Under the pieces are notes generated by a model. That model ran no database searches, was not told the origin of the DNA, and saw only the letters and a list, made by a program, of their open reading frames with translations. A DNA stretch of 64,000 bases. Source: an uncultured candidate division Zixibacteria bacterium. GTDB taxonomy: Bacteria > Zixibacteria > MSB-5A5 > UBA10806. The DNA lies in assembly GCA_963801605.1 (NCBI GenBank), contig CAWDFP010000006.1, positions 768,879 to 832,878 of the forward strand. Reading direction: 5' to 3'. A program made the position numbers and the translations under genes. Below are positions 47,462 through 57,485 of this stretch, one piece after another; position 1 is the first letter of the stretch, and every line of letters begins with the position of its first letter.

Positions 47462-48586
47462 TTAAAACTTGAATTCAGTATTTACAAACAAAAACTTTTG
47501 AGGGTCTGTATTGGGGGCCTGGAAGCTTGTTTGCTTATAGCCAATTGAACCCCTTACACCCTTAACGGGCAGACATTCGAGTCCGCCGACAACCATGGTG
47601 TTGCCGTCTTTGTCGATCTTGGTATTGGGATCATATTGATCGACTCTGACATAAAGAACCAATGTTCTGAATATCGAAGATGATGGGACTACTCCGTTTA
47701 AGTATAGATTCCCCCAAAATGAAAGTCCCTTTTGCTTAATGGCAGTTACTCCGGGTCCCTGACCAAATGACCTGAAATTCAAATCGAAATCAACGTCAAC
47801 CCATTTTTGATAAGCAAGTTTACCGCCAATTGATACTATCTGGTTTTTCCAATCGGAGGCGGTGACTGGAGATACAATCGCCTTGTTCTGCGTGCCGGAA
47901 TAGAATTGGGCGAATAGTGTGGTTTGGTCGAAATCCGCGTTGTTGAATAGAGGATTTATTTTAGCCGCTAAGTTCAAATCCTTATTACTATTGTTTTCTA
48001 CCACATCGCTATATTTGGTGCCATTGAAGACTCCCAATTCCAATTCACCAAGTTTTCCCTGAGGACCAATGGTGCCGACAGCGGCTGCTGCAAAATCGGA
48101 TGTCGATAGCCAGCCGTTCTGATCAATAACCATTTTGGCGACGTAACGGCGCATCCAGGCAGTTTCTGCATAGTTAAGATATGGCGTAGGCTGAAGGCCC
48201 AGGCGAAGCTTAAGATAATTGGCGATCGGCTTAATTTTCCATTCGGCATAAGCGTATTTAAGGATTATGGGGAATCCGCTATAGGCGGAAAGAGATGGCA
48301 CCGTCACGGTATCGCCGGCGGAGTCAATGACCTTGGTGGAGGATGTGAGAAATCGCTCCGGCCGGATATCGAAAGTAATTCGCATGAATGTGTAATCGGA
48401 AAGCTTCGACTCGGCTCCCAGATAGGCTCGGTCGATTGTAAAGGCGTTAGCGTTTTTTGCCCCCTTACTCTGATTCATCATCCAGTCTGCGTAAATTGTT
48501 CCCTTAATTGATGTCTCAGCCGCAAATGCCGAGGTTGCAAGCGCGAGAACAAGGATAATGTTGAAAATTTTGAGGGTTCTTGTCAT
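47462..48586 (-). CDS. Outer-membrane porin, probably phosphate-selective (OprO/P-like) by context
   Basis: Signal peptide MTRTLKIFNIILVLALATSAFA. Strand-like alternation and a C-terminal FVNTEFKF beta-signal. RBS AGGGAGA. First gene of the pst operon. The functional call rests on context only. Confidence 0.55.
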   Translation of the reverse strand: MTRTLKIFNIILVLALATSAFAAETSIKGTIYADWMMNQSKGAKNANAFTIDRAYLGAESKLSDYTFMRITFDIRPERFLTSSTKVIDSAGDTVTVPSLSAYSGFPIILKYAYAEWKIKPIANYLKLRLGLQPTPYLNYAETAWMRRYVAKMVIDQNGWLSTSDFAAAAVGTIGPQGKLGELELGVFNGTKYSDVVENNSNKDLNLAAKINPLFNNADFDQTTLFAQFYSGTQNKAIVSPVTASDWKNQIVSIGGKLAYQKWVDVDFDLNFRSFGQGPGVTAIKQKGLSFWGNLYLNGVVPSSSIFRTLVLYVRVDQYDPNTKIDKDGNTMVVGGLECLPVKGVRGSIGYKQTSFQAPNTDPQKFLFVNTEFKF

Positions 48587-48911
48587 TACGTCTCCCTGTT
48601 TTGTGTTTTAACAGTTTACCTATTCAAATGCATATGCAAACCACTATGCTTTGCCCTTTTAATACTTTTGAATTGTTAGGGAATTATTATTATCAAGTTA
48701 GAAAAGCATGAATTCGGCTATGTCTTTTATACAAGTAACTCTTTCGATTGGAATATCAAATGTAAGGAATTGCATCTGACTTCCTTTCATGTCTGAATTT
48801 TTTTACTTAACTGAGATCTTTTAAGTAAAATACGTTTCTTGACAACAAATTAAAATTTGCCATTAAGGCTAAATTAGCCATTCATTCAATTATGATTAGT
48901 TTTAATGAAAA

Positions 48912-50672
48912 TTAATCGGCTGTTGGGAGATGAATAATAAAGGTGCTTCCTTTATCCGGAGAGCTTTCGACGGTGATATTCCCGTGGTGAGCCAAGACGA
49001 TATGCTTAACGATCGAAAGGCCCAGGCCGGTACCGCCCAATTCCCTGCTTCTGGCCTTATCGACAGTATAAAAGCGTTCGAACAAGCGGGGCAGATGCTT
49101 CTTTTCTATCCCGATTCCCCAATCTTGAACGCGGATAATCACTTCCGATTTTACACTTAGGGCGAACAGGTCAACTTTGCCGCCCTCATCGCTATATTTA
49201 ATGGCATTATCCAGCAGATTAACTATAGCCTGCCGCAAAAGCTCGGAATTGATATCGGCCTTAATATCATCATCACAATTCAGCGCGACCGTAATCCTTT
49301 TTTCTTTGGCTTTTAATGCGCAAGTGGCTATGGCTTCGAGAAGAACCGCTTTTAATTCGTTTTTTTCGAGGCGCATTTGCGATTTTTCGGTTTCCTCAAT
49401 TTGCGAAAGTGTTAAGAGGTCCGTAATTATCGAATTAAGCCTGTCCGCTTGCTTGGCGATGATAACCAGAAAACGTTCAGTATCTTCAGGGTTAGCGACT
49501 GCGCCTTCCTGGAGCGTTTCGACAAATCCTTTTATTGATGTTATCGGTGTGCGCAATTCGTGAGATACATTAGCTACAAAATCGCGGCGCATTTTTTCCA
49601 GATGACGCAGCCTGGTTATATCATTTAGTACCACCAAAACACCGAGATTCCGACTCTTATCGTCCCGAAGGATAGTACCATGCATTTGCAGTATTTGACC
49701 GTTAGCGCCCTCGATCTCAATTTCATCAAGCTCTTTATTTTCCAATATACGAGTCACTAATTTTTGAAGATCAACATACCTGGTAATTTCCTGAACGAAG
49801 TGTCCCCTGGCCTGCTCTTTATCTATACTGAGCATCTTTGAGGCTGCTAAATTGAGGCTGACTAAACGTTCATTGGAATCAAAAGCCAGCACACCTTCAA
49901 CCATGCTGGAAAGTACGGCATCGAGTTCATTGCGTTGGCCTAACACAGTCCGAATTTTATCATCAAGTTCCGCCGCCATCTGGTTCATTGCTATCGCAAG
50001 CTCATCGATTTCGATAGTATTCCCGAGCGGCACCTTATGGCCAAATTCGCCTCTGGAGTAATTCACCGCGATCCGCCTGATCCGATCCAAAGGAATACTA
50101 ATGCGGCGAGATAAATAATAACTAAAAATACCAGACAGCAACGCTATGATTAATCCCCCAAGAATAATTCTCGGATACAATTGAGCGAAGGCATGATCGA
50201 TGGCATTGATCGGCAAGGCGGCTCGAACAACTCCCGCAGTTTTGCCATTCTGAAATATCGGGATTGCCACATACATCATTGTTTCTGATAGAGTGTGGCT
50301 GTATCTCGTAGAGACGCCCATCTGGCCCGAGAGCGCCTCTATTACTTCCGGCCGGTTGGCATGGTTTTCCATTCCAGATGGATTATTATCCGTATCGCCT
50401 ATTACTTTTCCCGATGGAAGAATAACAGTAAAACGCGTGCCGCTATCTTTTCCTAATGTTTTGCAGAGCAAATCTACATTGGATGAATCGAGACTCCCGG
50501 GAATTAGCAGGTCTTTCAGGAGAGTTGACCTCGCTCTCAGATCGTCCGAAGTTTCATTCAGATAAAGGCGTTTCATCGAGCCGGCCATAAACAAAGTGAC
50601 GGCCGCGATTGCCAATACGATGACAATCACGTAGGAAAAAAACAACCGCCATATCAACCGGCGCTTAACCAT
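48912..50672 (-). CDS. phoR: Phosphate regulon sensor histidine kinase PhoR-like
   Basis: Two TM segments, HAMP, PAS, H-box NVSHELRTPITSIKGF, GGTGLGLSIVKHIV. Immediately downstream of phoB (3-nt gap). Confidence 0.8.
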   Translation of the reverse strand: MVKRRLIWRLFFSYVIVIVLAIAAVTLFMAGSMKRLYLNETSDDLRARSTLLKDLLIPGSLDSSNVDLLCKTLGKDSGTRFTVILPSGKVIGDTDNNPSGMENHANRPEVIEALSGQMGVSTRYSHTLSETMMYVAIPIFQNGKTAGVVRAALPINAIDHAFAQLYPRIILGGLIIALLSGIFSYYLSRRISIPLDRIRRIAVNYSRGEFGHKVPLGNTIEIDELAIAMNQMAAELDDKIRTVLGQRNELDAVLSSMVEGVLAFDSNERLVSLNLAASKMLSIDKEQARGHFVQEITRYVDLQKLVTRILENKELDEIEIEGANGQILQMHGTILRDDKSRNLGVLVVLNDITRLRHLEKMRRDFVANVSHELRTPITSIKGFVETLQEGAVANPEDTERFLVIIAKQADRLNSIITDLLTLSQIEETEKSQMRLEKNELKAVLLEAIATCALKAKEKRITVALNCDDDIKADINSELLRQAIVNLLDNAIKYSDEGGKVDLFALSVKSEVIIRVQDWGIGIEKKHLPRLFERFYTVDKARSRELGGTGLGLSIVKHIVLAHHGNITVESSPDKGSTFIIHLPTAD

Positions 50673-50675
50673 AAG

Positions 50676-51377
50676 CTAATTTTCTGTTTCCTTATCGGAG
50701 AAACGATAGCCCACGCCCCTTATTGTTTCTATTAGGTCTCCGTAGGAGCCAAGTTTCTTTCTGAGTCCGGCAATTTGCACGTCGACAGAGCGATCGGTCA
50801 CCGGATAATCATCCCCCTTAACAGCATTTACTATCTGGTAACGGGTAAATACCCAACCGGGACGGCCGGCAAGAAAATGGAGAAGTTCAAACTCAGCGAA
50901 AGTTAAATCAAGCAACTTATTATTTATGCGAACTTCTCGTTTTCCGGGATGAATTGTCAGATCATTTACTCGGATGGAGGTTTCCTTATCAGCATGAATC
51001 TTATTTTTACGGCGCAGTATTGATCTTATGCGAGCGATCAGAATCCGCGGGCTGAAAGGTTTAACGATATAATCTTCAGCTCCAAGCTCCAATCCAAGTA
51101 CGATATCTGTTTCCTCACCTTTGGCGGTTACCATTATTATGGGAATGCCCGCCAGCGACGGGTCTGCCTTAAGAATCCTGCAGATTTCCAATCCATCAAT
51201 GCCGGGAAGCATTAGATCAAGAAGAATTAGGTCAAATTTAGTTGATTTGACAGCTTCGAGCGCATCTTCTCCGTTGGACGCCGTCGCAATTTGATAATGT
51301 TCTTTTTGAAGATTATATTTTATTAGTTCCATGATATCTTTATCATCTTCTACAACTAACAAGCTCTCGCCAGACAT
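50676..51377 (-). CDS. phoB: OmpR/PhoB-family response regulator
   Basis: Receiver (LLVVEDDKDIMELI...LILLDLMLPGIDG...MVTAKG) plus a winged-helix output domain (LTFAEFELLHFLAGRPGWVFTRYQI...IETIRGVGYRF). Confidence 0.85.
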   Translation of the reverse strand: MSGESLLVVEDDKDIMELIKYNLQKEHYQIATASNGEDALEAVKSTKFDLILLDLMLPGIDGLEICRILKADPSLAGIPIIMVTAKGEETDIVLGLELGAEDYIVKPFSPRILIARIRSILRRKNKIHADKETSIRVNDLTIHPGKREVRINNKLLDLTFAEFELLHFLAGRPGWVFTRYQIVNAVKGDDYPVTDRSVDVQIAGLRKKLGSYGDLIETIRGVGYRFSDKETEN

Positions 51378-51518
51378 TGCACACCCACTTAATCAGGTTT
51401 TTAGATATAGATTCATATTTTCGTATATATTTATCATAAATCTGCAAAGAATATACTAAAATTTATTGTCAGGATTTCGAATTATTTTGAAATTTCGGTG
51501 AATGAATTGCCGTCCCTG

Positions 51519-51554
51519 AAAAAAAGAAGAGGGCAGCTTTCGTAAGCTGCCCTC
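51519..51554 (-). terminator. Rho-independent terminator of C25 peptidase paralog 2
   Basis: On the minus strand: GAGGGCAGC-TTACGAAA-GCTGCCCTC followed by TTCTTTTTTT (plus coordinates: stem 51529-51537 / 51546-51554). The stem sequence is identical to the terminator at 25854-25877. Confidence 0.8.
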
Positions 51555-51589
51555 CAATTGCTAAAAGGCAAAAAGCCCGAATACCCGAG

Positions 51590-54500
51590 TTACTCCGCTC
51601 CACCAGTCGGTTGAGTGCTGTTTAAAGTCGGCGAAGTCGTTTGCTGGAGTGTTGGTGTTGGCAGGATGCCGGGGATTGGAGGCGCCAATAGTCCACCCGG
51701 AGGACAATCCGGACAAGGATGAATATCTGGTCCACCCTTAAAGTAATAGACCATAAAGGTAACGTCCAGGCCATTGAAATTGCATGAGGCGTTAACGTCT
51801 CCCACTACGTACCAGGTATTGCCGGGTGTGCACTCGCATGAATAAATGGGCAGCTGGCCGCTTTCCAAATAGCGCCCGGCGTAGAGCACATCAAGCCCGT
51901 CGAATACTTGATTCCCATTAACATCGCCAACGACATAATTACATCCCGGCCCGATGTTATCGACATAGAGGGTTACAGGTATAGATACGCATGAAGTGTC
52001 AGGATCGTTGGAATCAATCGTAATGTGACCCGTATAGGTGCCTCTCGTAAGGTTAGTGGCGTCGAATGTAATGATGGCAAGAGTATCATCTCCGGCCGCA
52101 ATCGTCCCCCCGTGAATATTGCTTCGGAGCCAGGTTGGCTGGCCATAAAACAGAATTGCCATATTACTATGCAGATAAGCAGCATTGTAAATAACCTGAA
52201 GCCCGTCCGTACCGCTGGGATTTTCAATACCCACGGTAGCTGAATTGAGGCTATGAGTACCACCATCCAAATAGCCATATTCATAAAGTATTCTGCCGTC
52301 CGGGTAAAGGATAGCCTCGAAATTTGCAAAACCGGTACCGCCAGTAGATGTGTAGAACGGAGTAGAAGTGTAGCTGACAATAAATCTGTTATTGGCAGCA
52401 TCGTGATAATATAGGACGGAGCCGCCGTTTTGAGGACTCAGGTCATCCCAGAGAGGCGCCAGGAAGTTATTGGGTAGGTTGGCGCTGGGAATAGCAGCAT
52501 TTAAGGAAACGGTTGAACCGCTGGTAAGTGTCAATAGCCCGTTGGCGCTAATGTATACGGCTGAGTAGTTGCTGCCATAGAATGAGAAATTCATGCCCAT
52601 GTCAATGGGACCAACAAAGCCGTTATCACCGACGATTGCCGCCGGTGTGCCAACTCCGCTAATGTCAACCCAGGTATAGGCCGGGCCGCCCGGGTCATCG
52701 GAATCGATCCAACTATGGCCAAACGCATCTGGTCCGCCATGATTGAAGATGACAGGCCGTTGATTCGGATCATCGCCCCTAATGGAATCGCCATTATTAA
52801 CAAATTCCCCGATAGTGAAATTGAGCGATCCACCGCCGGTATTAGAAAGATTAATTGTATCCAAAACTACCTGGCCGGCCGAGGTTCTTTCAATGCATGA
52901 GCCTGGACTGTAAACTAAATTGGATGGAGGCAGCATGCCGAGGGCCGTGGTCATTTTAATTGCCCGGCCAGCTACCAGACGAGCAGCCGCAGGGTGATAA
53001 ATGTTGTCAAAGGTGTATTCCAGCCCCTCGAAATTGTCAGGGTCCTGCATGCCGACTGTGGCATATAGCCCGGGCTTAACAGTATTGTATGTATCGTTAT
53101 CGTCGTTGTATACGGTTTGGTATTGGAATATCATCTCACAATCACCTGTAGGAGTGGGATAGTAGGCAGGATCATTGATTATCATCTGAAATGTTTCGGG
53201 ATGATTTCCGGGCGCCTCGGTGTGTGTGCATGCTTTCCATTCAAGAATGAATCGGTGATTCACCGAATCCGCATATTGGAATACGCCGTTGTTACCGGTA
53301 TATTCCAGATCATCCCACAATGGAGCGATAAGGCCATCTGGCGCGCTGGGCTCGGGAATCTGGTTGTTGTCGAAGGGAGACCAGTGGTGGGTCCCATCAT
53401 ATCGAGTCGTATCGAAAGCGACAAATCCATTGATGGAAACCATCAGGTAACTATAGGTTTCACCATAGTAGTGAATACTAAACGGCAGATTATTGATCAC
53501 TTTGGAATCATCGTCGGTTCCAAAACTGAATGTAACCCTTGAACCGCTTCCTCCGGCGTAAGGCGAAATTTCGACCCAATTGTATGTTGGGCAGGAGGTG
53601 TAGCTCACGTCAGTGTTATCATAAAGATAATACCCATAGGAATCAGGGCCTATCGGATCGGATGGGTTTACTGCACCGGTCACTAAGGAAAACGGTACAT
53701 GAGCGATTGCACCATTACCGGAGACGAGCTCCAGATTAAGATTCGAATTATGCCCTCGGTATACATTCCGTCCAGCACGAATAACAAATGGGGATGCCGT
53801 ATTTGATCCCGTCGCATCGATCCCAATATCTCCGAAATTCGCGGTGCCATTGATTATAACAAGACTTGTATCGTTGCTTATTAGGGTACCTGAAAGAGCT
53901 GCACCGGCAAGCTGCCCCATATTCTTGAGAGTGATCACGAAATTTGAGGTCTCTCCGGGATCCAATCTATTATTGGCGTTACCCGGATAGCTTAGACCCT
54001 GATTGACGAATAGTACGCTCTTAATATCAACCGGTAAGGCCGCTGTCCAGCTTCCTTGATTTGAGGTAATGGCAAGCTGCAGAAGATAGCGGTTGCCATT
54101 TACCAGATTGGATGCAAAATGAGCGGCAAACTTACCTGAGGTAACTGAATCTCCCGGGGCGATTGAGCCATAAGTTTGGTTGGCAACGGTAACAGTAATG
54201 CTGGAATCCAAACTTGTTAAGGTTGCTGAGACGTTATTGGCCGTAGAATCGGTTCCAAAATTGCGAAGATTTACGGCGAATTCCACTGTTTCCGAGGGAT
54301 TGACGTTGCCGTCAGAATTTCCCTGGGAGTTGCCTGAGTTATCATCGTCAATTGTGATGGAGCCAACGTTGATTGCTACCGGGGTAGCCTCCACCAGGGC
54401 ATAACCGCAATGAGGAATATAGTTGTAAGCTGAAACCGTTACGAACATGGTGTCAGCCACAGTGGTGGAGAAATTAAGGGAAATGTCGCCATTGGCGTTG

Positions 54501-56455
54501 GTTCTTCCGCCCACGAAAACCTCTTCGGCGCCTCTCCGACCCTTGACCAGACAGACATAAGCGCTATCCAGGGGCAGGCTATCCGAGCCGACCACGTGAA
54601 CGGTAAGAAGATTAGTTCCCACCGGAACGGTCTGGGGATAGGTTACCGTCATGCTCTGCGGAATACCGGTTCTAACCTCGAATTCAGGTTCGCCAAGAGG
54701 ATTGAAGCTATATGTATAGTGGACTACACTCGGCCACGGAGCGTTCGGTGATCGATTGAAAGGAAATGTGTCATACAGCTCCAGCTTTCCCATGAAGCAA
54801 GCGGATGCAAAATTACGAATACCTTCCATAAGGATGGCTGCATAATAACCGACCATAAAAGGATTATCGTATCTGGTTTCGGTGTCTTCTCCACAGGCGC
54901 CAAAGTAACCGGGGCCACCTTTAAAGCCTGTTGTCGTTGAACCCATCGTGCACCAGTGTTCGCCGAAGCAATCCTGAGTGCCAAAATTACCGGTGCCGCA
55001 TGTCGGGCAGCAGGCGGGTCCAATTTTATTATTGAATTGAAGCGCATCCAGATTGGCTGTTGAAAACACTGGCGCACCCCAATGATCCGGGAATCCCCAG
55101 CCTCGGTATGATGTTATGCTAACGCCGCGATTTAAAGCGGCTGTGATGCCGGAAATACCAGGATCATGACCGTCCCAATAAAACACCGTGTCAACCTGCT
55201 GGAAGCCCCGCCTTAAAAGCATCTCGCGAACCCAAAGGGTTGCAAGACGGGGCGTCACTGCGCTCACGTTGCCGGCGCATGAAAAGCCTCGTAACCAGTA
55301 ACTGGGATCACCCATATATGGTGTTTTATCATAGACTATGGCTTTCCAAATGGTTGTTCTCATAACAGTGTTTGTTATGGGCATCGACATTCTGGTAACC
55401 ATGACATCGGCGAAATAGTCACTGCCGTCAACGCAGGCATATTGATGATCGGAATCCAAGCCATCATGAGGAAAATCGATAATTTTATTTGCGACGAAGA
55501 TACTTCCCATAATACAAACAAACTCCGGAGGGGAATCCCAGGTATTATAAGCATTTTGGATATAATTAAATATCTGCGAAGCAGTGGGGCTGGCATTGTG
55601 GGCGATTGCAGAATCTGGAACCGTCACAACGGAATATCCCTTAAGATGTTTCCAGCGTGCCAGGTCCTGTACAAGGGAATCAGGGATAGTGCGAGGATAA
55701 AGAATTAAGTATCCACCTCTTACCGGCTGATAGGAGGCCAGCATTTCATCGGCGTTGGGAACCAAAGCCCGATACATCGGAAGGAATGTTTCGGAAATTT
55801 TGTTGTTGCGTCTTATTTTTTGGTTTCTGGTATCGATCCCTTCGTAATTCAGCCGCCAGTCAATATTTGTATAAACTTTTAGCTCTCTTCTGACCGGGTT
55901 ATATTGAATTGGACAGATTACCGCTGAAACCATGCGCAGATCCCTTAAAACGACTGGTTCCTGAACCTGTACTAAATCTCGAGGATAAAATTCATCCTGT
56001 TGATAAAAAGCATCATCCTTCGTGAAAGGGATTACCTCGTCCGGCCGGCTATCCAGCGGTTGACGCTGAAACGGATAGACATCAACATTTTCGATAATCT
56101 GATAAGATGATGAAATAATTTCTGCTCTGACGCCCGCTTGATCGGGTATGGCGACCATCTGAGAATAAACTGGCAGATCGGGGAGGCCCTCGGTATCTGT
56201 CTGTCCGAATTTTTCAGGAGTATCGGTAATTGGTAAAACTTGCTGGTAGTTCGTAGCTGAAACCGCCTTATCAGATAGCTCTACGCCAGCCAGACGGAAA
56301 GTAAAGCCGGTTTGTGATGTGGTAGAAATTGTCTTCTCCAAGTGAACCTGGCCAATATTAGACGCTTCCAGAACCACCTGTCTGGCACCCTCGCTTGCCC
56401 CGAGGGTTACAACAGGCAATGCAAAAATCAACATTACCAACAACGCGGTTCTCAT
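51590..56455 (-). CDS. Giant secreted gingipain-like (peptidase C25 family) protein, paralog 2 (1621 aa, intact)
   Basis: Signal peptide MRTALLVMLIFALPVVTLGA. N-terminal region colinear with paralog 1. His/Cys region YRGWGFPDHWGAP...CCPTCGTGNFGTQDCFGEHW. Two GPDxxG...(A/S)P(L/F)WDDL modules. C-terminal double dockerin-like/CPDCPP module. Confidence 0.8.
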   Translation of the reverse strand: MRTALLVMLIFALPVVTLGASEGARQVVLEASNIGQVHLEKTISTTSQTGFTFRLAGVELSDKAVSATNYQQVLPITDTPEKFGQTDTEGLPDLPVYSQMVAIPDQAGVRAEIISSSYQIIENVDVYPFQRQPLDSRPDEVIPFTKDDAFYQQDEFYPRDLVQVQEPVVLRDLRMVSAVICPIQYNPVRRELKVYTNIDWRLNYEGIDTRNQKIRRNNKISETFLPMYRALVPNADEMLASYQPVRGGYLILYPRTIPDSLVQDLARWKHLKGYSVVTVPDSAIAHNASPTASQIFNYIQNAYNTWDSPPEFVCIMGSIFVANKIIDFPHDGLDSDHQYACVDGSDYFADVMVTRMSMPITNTVMRTTIWKAIVYDKTPYMGDPSYWLRGFSCAGNVSAVTPRLATLWVREMLLRRGFQQVDTVFYWDGHDPGISGITAALNRGVSITSYRGWGFPDHWGAPVFSTANLDALQFNNKIGPACCPTCGTGNFGTQDCFGEHWCTMGSTTTGFKGGPGYFGACGEDTETRYDNPFMVGYYAAILMEGIRNFASACFMGKLELYDTFPFNRSPNAPWPSVVHYTYSFNPLGEPEFEVRTGIPQSMTVTYPQTVPVGTNLLTVHVVGSDSLPLDSAYVCLVKGRRGAEEVFVGGRTNANGDISLNFSTTVADTMFVTVSAYNYIPHCGYALVEATPVAINVGSITIDDDNSGNSQGNSDGNVNPSETVEFAVNLRNFGTDSTANNVSATLTSLDSSITVTVANQTYGSIAPGDSVTSGKFAAHFASNLVNGNRYLLQLAITSNQGSWTAALPVDIKSVLFVNQGLSYPGNANNRLDPGETSNFVITLKNMGQLAGAALSGTLISNDTSLVIINGTANFGDIGIDATGSNTASPFVIRAGRNVYRGHNSNLNLELVSGNGAIAHVPFSLVTGAVNPSDPIGPDSYGYYLYDNTDVSYTSCPTYNWVEISPYAGGSGSRVTFSFGTDDDSKVINNLPFSIHYYGETYSYLMVSINGFVAFDTTRYDGTHHWSPFDNNQIPEPSAPDGLIAPLWDDLEYTGNNGVFQYADSVNHRFILEWKACTHTEAPGNHPETFQMIINDPAYYPTPTGDCEMIFQYQTVYNDDNDTYNTVKPGLYATVGMQDPDNFEGLEYTFDNIYHPAAARLVAGRAIKMTTALGMLPPSNLVYSPGSCIERTSAGQVVLDTINLSNTGGGSLNFTIGEFVNNGDSIRGDDPNQRPVIFNHGGPDAFGHSWIDSDDPGGPAYTWVDISGVGTPAAIVGDNGFVGPIDMGMNFSFYGSNYSAVYISANGLLTLTSGSTVSLNAAIPSANLPNNFLAPLWDDLSPQNGGSVLYYHDAANNRFIVSYTSTPFYTSTGGTGFANFEAILYPDGRILYEYGYLDGGTHSLNSATVGIENPSGTDGLQVIYNAAYLHSNMAILFYGQPTWLRSNIHGGTIAAGDDTLAIITFDATNLTRGTYTGHITIDSNDPDTSCVSIPVTLYVDNIGPGCNYVVGDVNGNQVFDGLDVLYAGRYLESGQLPIYSCECTPGNTWYVVGDVNASCNFNGLDVTFMVYYFKGGPDIHPCPDCPPGGLLAPPIPGILPTPTLQQTTSPTLNSTQPTGGAE

Positions 56456-56865
56456 GTTGCCTCCAAATGAATTAAAGAGTTTAGGGGAATATTAATAAAT
56501 ATCGTTTTAATAAGCCTGAAAAACAGTGGGAGAAAGGAAAGCACAAATGACACAAAAACGCCCTTATTAATCCAAACTAGTCGGCTTAATAATAGCTCCT
56601 ATTAAGCAATAAAACATATTTTTGCTTGCCGAAGATTTATATGATTGCGTAATAATACAATCATTCCCGACAGCGATGACGGGAAAACTATCTACGGTAT
56701 TTCCTTTAATAACAAAATCAACGGTTGTCAAAGTCAAGCTCCCAAAGTACGAACCACTACCAAGGAGTATTTTTCGTACAATATATTGATCCAAAAGCCC
56801 AATACAATCTTATTTTAATAAAATTGGTAGTTTCTATTAATAGTAGTATTATAGTAGTATTATTG

Positions 56866-56874
56866 TGGTATAAT
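56866..56874 (+). promoter_or_regulatory. Perfect extended -10 element (TGGTATAAT) in the 1-kb AT-rich gap
   Basis: TG-G-TATAAT at 56866-56874, directly after an 11-bp tandem duplication TAGTAGTATTA x2 (56841-56862). If used, it gives a roughly 600-nt leader before the TonB-dependent receptor gene. Confidence 0.25.
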
Positions 56875-57485
56875 TATTCCAATCTTGTAGCAACCATCAA
56901 TTAATGTTAATTAGCTGCCTTTGTGGCGTGATTGAGGTCATCTATTAATACTCTTGGACAAACATCCCGTATTAATCGGTTGAGTAAACCGATGAATTTT
57001 GAGAACGCGTTGCTATATAAAACTCCAATTGATAAAGACATAGCTCCGATTTGCGTGTTGCGCCACTCCCGGGCAAGGCAATTCCAAAATTTAGAAAATG
57101 CATACGGGCGTTCATATATTTAGGATGCCATGATGGCAGATATGCGGTTTTGCCCCCAAAAAAAGGCTAATTCCAGGCGATATTCATATTAAAATCAAAA
57201 CACAAAATTGGCAGGCTTCTGGGATTTGTTTTCAAAACGCCTATCGATTTACAATTTTAGTGATTTTAATTAATTTAATAGACTGTAAGTCTCCGATATT
57301 TCTTCAGGCCCTTCCCAGGCAGCTAATATTTAATCCGAATCTGCCGAAATTCATAATGTTGAATAACTTTAGCGCTCCTTCATTATCTCGATTTTTTAAA
57401 AAATGTCGGAGCTCAGGGAATCGCGGGAATCCGGGATTTTCCGAAAAAATAGGAGCGCCTAACAGGTAGAGATGGAGAAATCCGT

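Noticed and set aside
48587-48911. Search for Pho boxes upstream of the porin-pst operon, and the perfect AT-rich inverted repeat TTTTACTTAA-N10-TTAAGTAAAA (48801-48830)
   Set aside because: I found no convincing 11-bp-spaced direct repeats of a CTGTCAT or TTAACA type. The inverted repeat is too AT-rich and lacks a proper U-tract for a confident terminator, and PhoB sites are direct repeats, so its role is undecided.
57055-57085. GCCACT...CCCGGGCAAGGC, reminiscent of the cobalamin-riboswitch GCCACTG/GGGAAGGC elements
   Set aside because: The other conserved cobalamin-riboswitch blocks (the GGTG..AATCC core and the B12 box) are not visible nearby. This is probably a chance match.
57335-57365. 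Fur-box-like AT-rich sequence (TTCATAATGTTGAATAAC) upstream of the TonB-dependent receptor
   Set aside because: By my alignment only about 10 of 19 positions match GATAATGATAATCATTATC. That is not distinguishable from background in this AT-rich gap.
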